From positions 1-64,000 of the forward strand of contig JBGARZ010000028.1 in NCBI GenBank assembly GCA_044229975.1: DNA of 64,000 nt, written 5' to 3'. The stretch is from Polyangiales bacterium (GTDB lineage: Bacteria; Myxococcota_A; Polyangia; Polyangiales; Ga0077539). Shown here in pieces: positions 18,923 through 28,245 of this stretch. Position 1 is the first letter of the stretch; each line of letters starts with the position of its first letter. The translations under genes were made by a program, and so were the position numbers. Under the pieces are notes generated by a model. It was not told the DNA's origin. It did no database searches and saw nothing but the letters and a program-made list of their open reading frames with translations.

Positions 18923-20101
18923 ATGCCATTCCAGCAGACCGACGAGAGCCGTCGCGCGTTGTCCGCGCTGGTCGCCTTCGGTCGGCTGGTCACCCGGAGC
19001 GCTACGCCCGAAGACGTCCTGCGGGCGCTCGCCCGCGCGGCGGTAGAAGACGCGGGCGCAGACGCGGCCGCGGCGCTCGCGGTGACGGCGTCGGGCGAGT
19101 CACGGCTGTCAGCGGCCGTCGGACTCCCGGCCACCTGCGAGGGCTTCGCGGCCGACGCCGACCTCGTGGGGACGGAGATCGGCGACGCGCTCCTCGCGGC
19201 GGCGGGCGGGGGGTTCGGGCGCCCTCTGACGATCCCGCTGGTGAGCGGCGGCGACGTGTTCGGGTCGCTGGTTCTTTTCCATCGAGAGGGGCGCTCGATG
19301 GGCGAGGGTGGGCTCGTGCTGGTGGAGGCGCTGGCCGACCTCGCCGCCGCGGGGCTCGCGGGGGCGGCCCAGTACGCCGCGCTCGCCCGATCGTACGCGC
19401 AGCTCCGCGACTCCCGCGCGGCGCTGGAGCGCGGCGAGAAGCTCCGCGCGCTCGGGCAGATGGCCGCCGGCGTCTCGCACGACCTGAAGAACATCCTCAA
19501 CCCCCTCTCGCTCCACCTCCAGTACCTTCGCCGCCTGCTCCCGAAGGACGCCGCCGATGCGCAGGGCTCCATCGCGGAGATGCAGTCGGTGCTGCGCCGC
19601 GGCCTGGAGACGATCGAGGGCCTGCGGGCGTTCAGCCATCAGGCCCCGTCGGGTCGGCTGGAGGCGACGGACCTCGACCGCCTCTCGCGCGAGGCGCTCG
19701 CCATCGGCCGAGCGCGGGCAAAGGGGGGGGCGACGTACACGCTGATCGAGGACCTGCACGGGCCTCCCGCGGTGTCGCTCGCGGCCGGGGAGGGCGTGGC
19801 AGCGCTGGTGAACCTCGTGGTCAACGCCATCGACGCGATGCCCTCCGGCGGGACCGTAACGGTCACGACGGGCGAGTCGGGGGGCGGGTCCTTCGTGCGC
19901 GTCGCGGACGACGGGCCGGGGATGTCGGTCGAGGTGCAGCAGCAGGTGTTCGAGCCCTTCTTCACCACCAAGGGCGACGAGGGGACGGGGCTCGGGCTCG
20001 CGATGGTCTACGCCTTCGCGCGCAGGCACGGCGGACGGGTCGAGCTGGAGACCGCGCCCGGCCGCGGGGCGGCGTTTACGCTCTGGTTCCCGCGGCCGTA
20101 G
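18923..20101 (+). CDS. GAF-like sensor histidine kinase
   Basis: GAF-like N-terminus; SHDLKN H-box, NAIDA, DDGPG, FFTTK, GTGLGL. Confidence 0.88.
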   Translation: MPFQQTDESRRALSALVAFGRLVTRSATPEDVLRALARAAVEDAGADAAAALAVTASGESRLSAAVGLPATCEGFAADADLVGTEIGDALLAAAGGGFGRPLTIPLVSGGDVFGSLVLFHREGRSMGEGGLVLVEALADLAAAGLAGAAQYAALARSYAQLRDSRAALERGEKLRALGQMAAGVSHDLKNILNPLSLHLQYLRRLLPKDAADAQGSIAEMQSVLRRGLETIEGLRAFSHQAPSGRLEATDLDRLSREALAIGRARAKGGATYTLIEDLHGPPAVSLAAGEGVAALVNLVVNAIDAMPSGGTVTVTTGESGGGSFVRVADDGPGMSVEVQQQVFEPFFTTKGDEGTGLGLAMVYAFARRHGGRVELETAPGRGAAFTLWFPRP

Positions 20102-20114
20102 CGCGTCGCGGGTT

Positions 20115-20486
20115 TCAGCGCATGCGGTCCGAGGCGCGGAAGTAGCGCCGCGCGAAGGCGACGAGCTGCCCGTCGGTCGGGTGGTCGACGGTCTCGACGC
20201 CGGCGACGCGCGCTTCGACGGCGGGCGCGCGGCGGTGGAGGTGGCGGATCAGCTCGAGCTTCGCCGTGGAGGGGCCCACGATGAGGATGGGGTCGGCGTT
20301 GGCGAGCGCGGTGGTGACCTCGTCGAGGAACCGGGCGTTGACCGCGGCGTGGTCGGACTCGTCGTGGCGGTGCTGATGCGCCGCGCGGTGAGGGTGCGCG
20401 ATCAAGACCTCGGTGCGGAGTTGGTCCTCTTCGAAGGCGAAGAGGCGGGCTTCGTGATGATCGATCCAGAGGGCGGTGTGGCGCAT
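20115..20486 (-). CDS. Small eRF1/host-attachment-like ('translational machinery') protein
   Basis: LWIDHHEAR, ILIVGPSTAK, GVETVDHPTDGQLVA..R.YF motifs. Confidence 0.78.
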   Translation of the reverse strand: MRHTALWIDHHEARLFAFEEDQLRTEVLIAHPHRAAHQHRHDESDHAAVNARFLDEVTTALANADPILIVGPSTAKLELIRHLHRRAPAVEARVAGVETVDHPTDGQLVAFARRYFRASDRMR

Positions 20487-20499
20487 GGGAGGGCCGTGG

Positions 20500-20515
20500 A
20501 GCAATCGTCGGACCA
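20500..20515 (-). promoter_or_regulatory. Candidate sigma54 -24/-12 promoter
   Basis: Minus strand TGGTCCGACGATTGCT, 15 nt before ATG 20486. Confidence 0.5.
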
Positions 20516-20635
20516 TCGCGAATCGCGCCACGTCGCGCCGGGAGGACGGGGGGCGTCTCGCCTTCGTGGGTGCAAGGCCTTCGTCGACGGCGCACGCCCT
20601 GCGCCCACCGCGGCCGATCGGCGGACGCGCCGCGC

Positions 20636-21670
20636 TCACCGCGATGTGGTCGAGCGCCGACGGCGGGTCGCGCGCGCCAGCGTCAACAGCGCCGCCGCTG
20701 CCCACCACCCGCGAGCGCTGTGGTGGGTGCTCGCGCCCGCGCGGCAGCCGCAGCCCTCGTCGGCCGTCAGCGTCGGGGCGACACCACCGTCGAGACCCGC
20801 GTCCCCTTGGTCGGCGATGAACACCCCACCATCGGGGCCGCCCCATCGCCCGCACTGGTTGCGTACGCAGGTTGTTCCGCTGGGGCAGGTGATGCTCGCG
20901 CAGCGGTCGGCGACGCAGGCGCCGTTGGAGCGCTCGTCGCAGAACTCGCCCGTCGCGCAGGTGACGCCCACGCAGACGGGCAGGCAGATGGGATCGCCGC
21001 CGAACAGTCGGCAGGTCTGGCCCGGCGTCGTGCAGATGAAGCCGAGCTCCGGGTGGTAGGTGCAGCGGTCGCGGTAGCAGCGCCCGCCCACGCACACGCC
21101 GCCCGCGCAGACGCAGCCGCCGTCGGAGTCGGCCGCGCTGGCATCGTTCGGCGCGGGCGCGCCGTCGGCCGACGAGATGACATCGGACCCGGCCGATGCG
21201 TCGGAGGTGGTCGCGGTCGCGTCGCCCGCGGACATCGTCGCGTCGCCGATCGAAGAGGTCGCGTCCCGGGACGTCTGTGCGTCGCTGGTCGCGACGACGT
21301 CCGAGGCCACCGGACGATCCATGGGCGCTGTCGCGTCGGTCGACGTCGATGCGTCCGGGGTGCTGCCTGCGTCGGACAGCGTGCCGCCGTCCACGGGCCC
21401 CACACGAACGCAGGTGCATTCGCCGCCGCACGACACCCAGCCTGTGTTGGGGCACGTCGACGCGCGTGTCGCGCAGAAGGGCGCGAAGCCGGCCTCGCAG
21501 GCGCTCGAACCGCGCTGCACGCACTGCCCTGGATAGGCGTGGCAGCCGTTGTTGCACGAGCACCGACCCTGCGCGTCGGCGGTCGACGGAAGCAGCGCCG
21601 TCAACGCCAGGGCGACGAACAACGTGAAGGCATGGACTCGATCGGAGATGGTTCGTGGGAGGGCGTTCAT
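20636..21670 (-). CDS. Secreted Cys-rich protein with MYXO-CTERM-like anchor
   Basis: Signal peptide (..ADAQ), two Cys-rich blocks separated by a D/A/S/T linker, C-terminal GCGCR + TM + RRRR. Confidence 0.82.
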   Translation of the reverse strand: MNALPRTISDRVHAFTLFVALALTALLPSTADAQGRCSCNNGCHAYPGQCVQRGSSACEAGFAPFCATRASTCPNTGWVSCGGECTCVRVGPVDGGTLSDAGSTPDASTSTDATAPMDRPVASDVVATSDAQTSRDATSSIGDATMSAGDATATTSDASAGSDVISSADGAPAPNDASAADSDGGCVCAGGVCVGGRCYRDRCTYHPELGFICTTPGQTCRLFGGDPICLPVCVGVTCATGEFCDERSNGACVADRCASITCPSGTTCVRNQCGRWGGPDGGVFIADQGDAGLDGGVAPTLTADEGCGCRAGASTHHSARGWWAAAALLTLARATRRRRSTTSR

Positions 21671-22425
21671 GGATTGGGGCACCGACGGCTGGTGAAGGTC
21701 AGGGAGAACGATCGCGTGGCGTCGCCCCGTCGCCCGCACACGTCGAGCGCGGTGAACTGCACGCGCCACCCGCCTCGGATGCCGAAGACCGCCAGCGCGG
21801 GTGCGGCGCCCGAGGGCCCGCCCACCTGCCGTCGGAAGGTGTACGGCGACGCGAACACGGTCGCGGGCGGAGGCGCTTCTGCGCCGTCGGGAGTGATCCA
21901 GCGGGCGCCGACCGACACGATCGGGACCGAGCTCGACACGTTGGCGACGAAGTCGAAATAGACCGGCGCGTCGGAGGCGCTGCACGTCTCGATGACCTGC
22001 TCGCTCGCAGGCGCACTGACCGTGACGACAGGACCCGACCCGGTGCAGGTGACGTCCGCGGACGATGCGTCGCGAGGCCCGCCTGCGCCGGCATCTGGGG
22101 TGGCCATCCCAGCGTCCGAAGCGAGCGGTCCAGTGTCCGAAGCGAGCGATCCAGTGTCCGAAGCGAGCGACCCGGTGTCCGAAGTTGGCGCGTCCGCGGC
22201 GGGCGCGTCGTCGAAGCGAACATCGCGCGAGGCGATGTCAGCCACCATCATCGCGACATCCGTCGCGGACCCGTCGACGACGTCGTTGGTCATCCCATCA
22301 CGATCAACGTCGGGGGGTGCCGTCGCGTCAGCCGCGAGACCCCCATCGACCGGAGGGAGCGTCGGCGCGCAGCCCACGGCCAGCGCGTCCAGAAGCATCA
22401 CGATCGCCAACCTTGTCCATCTCAA
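21667..22425 (-). CDS. Putative lipoprotein, low-complexity linker plus C-terminal beta domain
   Basis: LAVGC lipobox, D/A-rich linker, stop overlaps the next ATG. Start uncertain (TTG 22425 or ATG 22398). Confidence 0.7.
   Translation of the reverse strand: MRWTRLAIVMLLDALAVGCAPTLPPVDGGLAADATAPPDVDRDGMTNDVVDGSATDVAMMVADIASRDVRFDDAPAADAPTSDTGSLASDTGSLASDTGPLASDAGMATPDAGAGGPRDASSADVTCTGSGPVVTVSAPASEQVIETCSASDAPVYFDFVANVSSSVPIVSVGARWITPDGAEAPPPATVFASPYTFRRQVGGPSGAAPALAVFGIRGGWRVQFTALDVCGRRGDATRSFSLTFTSRRCPNP
22114..22184. repeat. 21-bp tandem repeat, ~3.4 copies (SDTG[S/P]LA)
   Basis: GTCCGAAGCGAGCG(G/A)(T/C)CC(A/G)GT repeated in frame within the lipoprotein linker. Confidence 0.85.
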
Positions 22426-22461
22426 CGCGTCACCGTTCCTTCCATGGGCGGGCGGTGCGGC

Positions 22462-22477
22462 AGCAACGTCCGTACCC
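22462..22477 (-). promoter_or_regulatory. Candidate sigma54 promoter for lipoprotein operon
   Basis: Minus strand GGGTACGGACGTTGCT (GG-N10-GC). Confidence 0.55.
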
Positions 22478-22771
22478 CGGAGGGGATGGCGGCGATCCAG
22501 CGACGCGCGCCGTCGGGCCCCTGTGCGGCGCGTGCACAGATGTCGAGCCGCCTGTGCACGAGCGGGGCAGCGGCGTGACCGTCGCGTCCACGGTGGCGCC
22601 CTTCCACGGCGGCTCGACACGATGTCGGCTCCGGTGCGCGCGGGTGCCGCGACGTCGGCACACACGGTGCTGTCCATCGTGCGCTTGAACGCGACCAGGA
22701 CATCGGACACTGCGGCCGCGGTCGGGGAGCTCGTGCCCGCAACGGCGCGCGAGGGCGCGTGGCCGAGCACG

Positions 22772-24124
22772 ATGCCGCCCGGCGTTCTGGATGAGTCGAC
22801 CGACGTGGCTCCGCCGCAGGTCGACGACTCCGTTGCGGCGCGGCTCCTCATCGAAGAGCCCGATCGCCCTGCCTGGTCGGTCGAACTCCTGCGCGGCGTG
22901 GAGTCGCGGGTGGGCAGGACGCGCGATGCGGCCATCCGGCTCGAAGACCGTCGGGTGTCGCGCGCCCACGCGACGCTCGCCTTCGACGGTCGTGCGGTCG
23001 TCGTGCGGGACCTCGCGAGCGCCAACGGAACCTTCGTTGGCATCGAGCGCGTGCGGGGTTCGCGGTCCGTCGGAGACGGCGCGACGCTGGCGATCGGATC
23101 GTTTGACTGCGTCGTCCGGGTGAAGCTGACGGGTCTCCCGCAGCCCATCGGCGAGCCCTCCGTCATGCCGGGTCGCGAGCTCGTGTGCGCCGATCCGTTG
23201 ATCGTCGAGCTCTTCTCTCTCGTGCGCCGACTCGCCGCCATCGATCTGCCGGTCGTCGTCGAGGGCGAAGCAGGTGTCGGGAAGGAGCTCGTCGCGCGCA
23301 TGCTGCACCGCCACTCGCCGCGCGCCGAACGACCCTTCGTCTCCGTCGACTGTGCGGCGCTCGCGGGGCCCTTCGCGGCGGAGGTGCTCTTCGGTCGCGA
23401 GGGCTTCGAGGCCTCGGGGGCGCCGATGGTGCGCCCAGGCGTGTTCGAAGAGGCCGTCGGGGGCACCGTGATGCTCGGCGACGTCGACGAGCTCTCCGCG
23501 CCGATGCAGGACCTCCTGCTGAACCTCCTTCGCGATCGCACCATCGTCCGGGTCGGGTCCATCCGCCCGACGCGAGTGGACGTGCGCGTCGTGGCCGCCA
23601 CCCGCCGTGACCTCGCGCTCGCGGTGTCCCGCGGTCGCTTTCGCCAGGACCTGTACGCGCTCCTCAAGCGCGCCTCGCTGCTGGTGCCGCCGCTCCGCGC
23701 GCGGCCGGGGGACATTCCGCCGCTGGTCGATCGCGTGCTGAGGTTTCGCGGCGCTTCGTGCGCGGTCAGCCCCGACGCGATGGCCGCGCTCCTGGGTCAC
23801 CCCTGGCCCGGCAACGTGCGCGAGCTCCATCGTGTGATGGAGGGCGCCCTCGCGGCGGCCGGCGGCGCCACCGTGGGCGTCGAGCACCTGCGGCTGCGTC
23901 CCTCCCGAGGGCGCGAGCCGCTCGCCGTCGACCCGCGGAGGATCTCGACCCACCCGGCGCGATCGGCGGAGACCGAGCGCCGCGTGGTCGCCGTCGCGCT
24001 CGACGTCACCCACGGCAACCGATCGGGGGCCGCGCGCGCCCTGGGCATCTCGCGGCGCTGCCTCCTCGCGCGGATGGAGCGGTACGGCGCCGCGCCCGGA
24101 CCCGACGCGGGCGACGACACCTGA
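22772..24124 (+). CDS. FHA-domain sigma54 activator-like protein with degenerate AAA motifs
   Basis: FHA (VGR..VSRAH..SANGT), GEAGVGKE, WPGNVREL, HTH. GAFTGA and Walker B are altered. Start uncertain. Confidence 0.85.
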   Translation: MPPGVLDESTDVAPPQVDDSVAARLLIEEPDRPAWSVELLRGVESRVGRTRDAAIRLEDRRVSRAHATLAFDGRAVVVRDLASANGTFVGIERVRGSRSVGDGATLAIGSFDCVVRVKLTGLPQPIGEPSVMPGRELVCADPLIVELFSLVRRLAAIDLPVVVEGEAGVGKELVARMLHRHSPRAERPFVSVDCAALAGPFAAEVLFGREGFEASGAPMVRPGVFEEAVGGTVMLGDVDELSAPMQDLLLNLLRDRTIVRVGSIRPTRVDVRVVAATRRDLALAVSRGRFRQDLYALLKRASLLVPPLRARPGDIPPLVDRVLRFRGASCAVSPDAMAALLGHPWPGNVRELHRVMEGALAAAGGATVGVEHLRLRPSRGREPLAVDPRRISTHPARSAETERRVVAVALDVTHGNRSGAARALGISRRCLLARMERYGAAPGPDAGDDT

Positions 24125-24192
24125 ACGCCTCGCCGCGCGCGGTAGACGATGGACGTCGCGCCTCGTTACGCCGCACAGTATCGGGCGACGTG

Positions 24193-25194
24193 ATGGCCCG
24201 CGCCGCACCCGCCACCGACCACCGCCCGCCGCCGCCACGGATCGCAAGGGGGCCACGGAGGCGCCGCCTCGCGTGCCTCGCCCTGGCGATGTGCATGATC
24301 CTCGCTGCCCGGTCTTCCTGCGCCCAGGACGCCGCGACCGCGGATGCGCGCCTCCACTTCGATCGCGCGGTCTCGCTCTTCGAGTCGGGAGACCACCGCG
24401 GGGCGCTCGCCGAGTTTCAGCGCGCCTACGACCTCACCGGGCGCACCTCCGTGCTCTACAACCTCGGCGCGACCCACCAGGCGCTCCATGACTATCCCCG
24501 CGCCATCGATGCGCTCCGACGCTACGTCGCCGCCACCGAGGCGCGCCCCACGCCCGAGCGCGCGCTGGCCCTCCGCGCCCTCGCGCAGATGGAGCCGCTC
24601 GTCGCTCGCCTGCGCGTGACGCGGAGCCCCGCGGATGCGGTCGTCTCGCTCGACGGCCTCCCCCTGGAGGGCGACGTCGCGACGGTAGGCCCTGGCGTGC
24701 ATGTGTTCGTCGCCCGGGCGCCCGGTCACCAGTCCGCGCAGGTCGAGGTGACCGTCGTGTCGGGCGACGATCGCGCGGTGACGATCGCGCTGGTTCCCGC
24801 TCCGTCGCCGCCGCCGTCGGCGCCGACCCCCGGCGTCACCCCACCGCCCGCGGCGGGGGCGCGGCGAGGCCCCGATCGGAGGTTGTTCTGGTCGATGGTG
24901 ATCACGGGCGGAGCGCTCGCGGTGGGCGCGTCCATCACGGGCGCCCTCGCCATCGAGACCCACGCCGACTACGCCGGCCGTCGGGTCGGCGACCGCGAGG
25001 CGCCCGACCTCGCTCGCGAAGGGCGCTCCCTGTCGCTCACCGCAGACCTCCTGGCGGTGGGCGCCGTCGCTGCAGGAGTGACCGCCCTCGTGCTCCGGCT
25101 GGCGACCCCCGACGGGGCGTCATCGCCGGGCGCGCGGGTCTCTGTGGCGCTCGCCGCGGGCGGCGCGGTGGTGACGGCGGTCGGCCGCTTCTGA
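24193..25194 (+). CDS. TPR + PEGA-like domain protein
   Basis: Signal-like segment, ARLHFDRAV..ALAEFQRAY..VLYNLG, PEGA-like region, C-terminal hydrophobic segments ending GRF. Confidence 0.82.
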   Translation: MARAAPATDHRPPPPRIARGPRRRRLACLALAMCMILAARSSCAQDAATADARLHFDRAVSLFESGDHRGALAEFQRAYDLTGRTSVLYNLGATHQALHDYPRAIDALRRYVAATEARPTPERALALRALAQMEPLVARLRVTRSPADAVVSLDGLPLEGDVATVGPGVHVFVARAPGHQSAQVEVTVVSGDDRAVTIALVPAPSPPPSAPTPGVTPPPAAGARRGPDRRLFWSMVITGGALAVGASITGALAIETHADYAGRRVGDREAPDLAREGRSLSLTADLLAVGAVAAGVTALVLRLATPDGASSPGARVSVALAAGGAVVTAVGRF

Positions 25195-25197
25195 GCG

Positions 25198-26493
25198 TCA
25201 GGGTTCGAAGGAGCGCGAGACCGGGAGGCGATCGAGGCGCCCGGCGCCCGGATTCTCGTCGGGGGGCGCGTGGCGCGAGCGTCGACGCGATGGGGGATCG
25301 CGGGGAGGGGCGACCGCGACGGGAGCGACGATGGGCGTCACGGCGGCGACGGGCGGGGCGACCGCGACGGGCGGCGCAGAGGGGACGGCACGGACGGCGG
25401 TGGCAACGCTGAGGCGCGGGGGGACGGCGCGCGGGGCAGGGGCCGTCGCGCGGGAGAGCCACCAGGCGCCGGCGCCGACCGCGAGGAGCACGACGAGCGC
25501 GGTGCCCAGGAGCTCGATGGGGACGCGGCGCTTCGGCCGGGTGGCGTCGGTCGGCGCGGCGCGCATGGCCCGCCGGGCGGAGACCACGAGGGCGTCCTCC
25601 TCGATCAGCACGGGCGGCGCGTCGACGACCGGAATCGCCTCGGCGCCGAAGGGGCGCAGCGCGTCGAGAAACTCGCGGGCGGACCCGAAGCGCCGGTCGC
25701 GGTCGCGGTCGAGGGCGCGCAGCACCACGTCGTCGAGGTCGGGCGGCACGGCGGGCTCGACCTCGCTCGGAATGGACGGCCGCGACGTCCCGCGGACGAT
25801 CTCCAGAAACAGCTCTCCCTGGTTGCTGCCTTCGTACGGCAGGCCGCCGGTAAGGAGCTCGTAGAGCATGACGCCGACCGCGAAGATGTCGGCCCGGTGG
25901 TCGATGTCGCGCCGCCCCATCCACTGCTCGGGGGCCATGTATCCGGGCGTCCCGAGGGGGATGCCCTCCTGCGTCGTCTGGAGCAGCGTCGCGCCCGCGC
26001 GGCGAAACTTCGAGATGCCGAAGTCCAGCAGCTTCACCCGGTGGGCGTCGTCGCCGGGCACCAGGAAGACGTTTTCGGGCTTCAGGTCGCGGTGGATGAT
26101 GCCCTTGGCGTGCGCCGACGCGAGGGCCGAGAGCACGTACCCGACGATGCGACACGCCGCGCGGGCCTCGATCATCTCCGGCCGCGAGAGCCGGTCGGCC
26201 AGCGTCTCGCCCCGCAGCAGCTCCATCACGAGGAAGGGCTCGCCGAGGTGCGTCCCGACGTCGAAGACCTCGACGATGTTGGGGTGCCCGATCTCCGCCG
26301 CGGCGCGCGCCTCGCGCTCGAAGCGGCGCACCGCGTCGGGCACCTTCGCCACGTGGGCGTGCAGCACCTTGACGGCCACGCGGCGACCGAGGGCCGTGTG
26401 CTCGGCCTCGTAGACGGCGCCCATCCCGCCTTCGCCGAGCGACCGCAGGATGCGATAGCGGCCCTCCAGCTCGGCGCCGTCGTCGATGCCCAT
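25198..26493 (-). CDS. Membrane Ser/Thr protein kinase
   Basis: GEGGMG, VAVK, HRDLKPEN, DFG, GTPGYMAPE, TM segment. Confidence 0.95.
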   Translation of the reverse strand: MGIDDGAELEGRYRILRSLGEGGMGAVYEAEHTALGRRVAVKVLHAHVAKVPDAVRRFEREARAAAEIGHPNIVEVFDVGTHLGEPFLVMELLRGETLADRLSRPEMIEARAACRIVGYVLSALASAHAKGIIHRDLKPENVFLVPGDDAHRVKLLDFGISKFRRAGATLLQTTQEGIPLGTPGYMAPEQWMGRRDIDHRADIFAVGVMLYELLTGGLPYEGSNQGELFLEIVRGTSRPSIPSEVEPAVPPDLDDVVLRALDRDRDRRFGSAREFLDALRPFGAEAIPVVDAPPVLIEEDALVVSARRAMRAAPTDATRPKRRVPIELLGTALVVLLAVGAGAWWLSRATAPAPRAVPPRLSVATAVRAVPSAPPVAVAPPVAAVTPIVAPVAVAPPRDPPSRRRSRHAPPDENPGAGRLDRLPVSRSFEP

Positions 26494-26500
26494 CAGCCGC

Positions 26501-26869
26501 TCACTCGCACCGCGCCACGCACACCCCGCGGCAGCAGTGGCTCGCGCCAGGACCGCAGGACACGCCGCAGGCGCCGCAGTTGCGGTTGTCGTCCTGGAGG
26601 TTGACGCAGCGCGCCCCGCACGCGACCTCCGAGGCGCGACAGTCGGTGCGGCACGAGCTCATGCCGCAGTCCCCGGCGTCGGCGCTGGCGTCGTCCCGGC
26701 CCGTATCGTCCCGACCCGCGTCGACGGAAGCACCCACGACGCTCGCCTCGGCGGCGCCCGCGTCGAGGGCGGGCAGCAGCACCTCGGGGCCGAAGTCGAG
26801 CGCGAAGGAGCAGCCCGACGCAAGCAGCCCGAGGCAGGCCACCACCCGCGCGGCGCGGTCAGTCGTCAC
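26501..26869 (-). CDS. Small Cys-rich lipoprotein
   Basis: LASGC lipobox; CVNLQDDNRNCGACGVSC motif. Confidence 0.75.
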   Translation of the reverse strand: MTTDRAARVVACLGLLASGCSFALDFGPEVLLPALDAGAAEASVVGASVDAGRDDTGRDDASADAGDCGMSSCRTDCRASEVACGARCVNLQDDNRNCGACGVSCGPGASHCCRGVCVARCE

Positions 26870-28220
26870 GGGCGCTCACCGGCTTGGGCTTGAGGCCGTA
26901 GCGCTCCATGCGCGTGATGAGGCATCGACGGGAGATGCCCAGCTCGCGCGCCGCCCGCGACTGGTTGCCCGCTGCGCTGGCGAGCGCCGCGACGATGGTG
27001 CGCCGCTCGGTCTCCTCCACTTTCGCGCGGAAGGCCGACGCGTCCTCGGCGGTGGAGGCTGCGCCCGGGGCGGCGGCCGCGAGCTGGAGGTGCGCGAGGC
27101 GGATCTCGTCGTCGTCCGCGAGCGCCATGCCCCGCTCGACGACGTTGCGAAGCTCACGGGCGTTGCCGACCCACGGGTGCGCGAGCAGCGCATCGGCGAC
27201 CCCGGGGCCCAGCCGCCACGCCTTGCCGCGGCTCGCGAGGATGCGCTCGACCATCGGCAGGATGTCCCGCGGGCGCGACCGCAGCGCGGGCACCTGCACG
27301 GTGACGCCGTTGAGGCGGAAGTAGAGGTCCTGCCGGAAGCGCCCCTCGGCGACCTCCAGCGCGAGGTCGCGGTTGGTCGCCGTGACGATGCGCACGTCCA
27401 CGGCGACCGGGCGCGTCGAGCCGACCCGGCAGACCGAGCGCTCCTGGAGCGCGCGGAGCAGCAAGGCCTGGTTGGCGGGTGACAGCTCGCCCACCTCGTC
27501 GAGCAGGAGCGTGCCCCCGTCGGCGCTCTCGAAGACCCCGATCTTGCGCGCGTCGGCGCCGGAGAAGCTCCCGCGCTCGTGGCCGAACAGCTCGCTCGCC
27601 GCGATGGACTCGGTCAGCGTCGCGCAGTTGATGGCGACGAAGGGCCTGCGCGCCCGCGGCGAGTCGCGGTGGAGGGCGCGCGCGACCAGCTCCTTGCCGA
27701 CGCCCGTCTCGCCCTGCACGAGGACGGCGAGGTCGCTCGCCGCGAGCCGACGCACGAGGGCGAACAGCTCCACGGTGATGGGGTCGACGGCGACCGTCCC
27801 GTCGACGGACGCGATGGGCTCACGCGCCTCCGACCGCGTCGCTCCGCGCAGCGTGAGCAGCACCGCGATCACCGTGGTGCCGATCTCCACCCGCTCGCCG
27901 TCCTCGACGCGCCGAGGGCCGCGCACGCGGCTCCCGTTGACGAAGGTGCCGTTGCTGCTCGCCTCGTCCCGCACCGTGACGGCGCGCCCGTCGAAGGCGA
28001 GCACGGCGTGAACCCGCGAGGCGCGGTGGTCGTCCAGGGGCACCTCGACGAACTCCGCGCGGCCGACGCGCACCTCCGCGCCGGCGGGCAACACCACCAC
28101 GCGGGGCGGGCGACCGCCCTCGGTCACCAGGAGGCGCGCGATGGCGTCACAGTCGGCGTTTTCGGCGAGGAAGGCCGAGGTGTCGGTGCGGTTCTGGTCC
28201 ACGCGCAGCGACGATATCAC
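26859..28220 (-). CDS. FHA-domain sigma54-dependent activator
   Basis: [41 protein letters not shown]. Start uncertain. Confidence 0.9.
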   Translation of the reverse strand: MISSLRVDQNRTDTSAFLAENADCDAIARLLVTEGGRPPRVVVLPAGAEVRVGRAEFVEVPLDDHRASRVHAVLAFDGRAVTVRDEASSNGTFVNGSRVRGPRRVEDGERVEIGTTVIAVLLTLRGATRSEAREPIASVDGTVAVDPITVELFALVRRLAASDLAVLVQGETGVGKELVARALHRDSPRARRPFVAINCATLTESIAASELFGHERGSFSGADARKIGVFESADGGTLLLDEVGELSPANQALLLRALQERSVCRVGSTRPVAVDVRIVTATNRDLALEVAEGRFRQDLYFRLNGVTVQVPALRSRPRDILPMVERILASRGKAWRLGPGVADALLAHPWVGNARELRNVVERGMALADDDEIRLAHLQLAAAAPGAASTAEDASAFRAKVEETERRTIVAALASAAGNQSRAARELGISRRCLITRMERYGLKPKPVSARDD

Positions 28221-28245
28221 CGCCGACGCCTTCGGGGCTTCGGAC

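Noticed and set aside
22114..22184. 21-bp tandem repeat as a CRISPR array
   Set aside because: No spacers, lies in frame in a lipoprotein linker, no cas genes.
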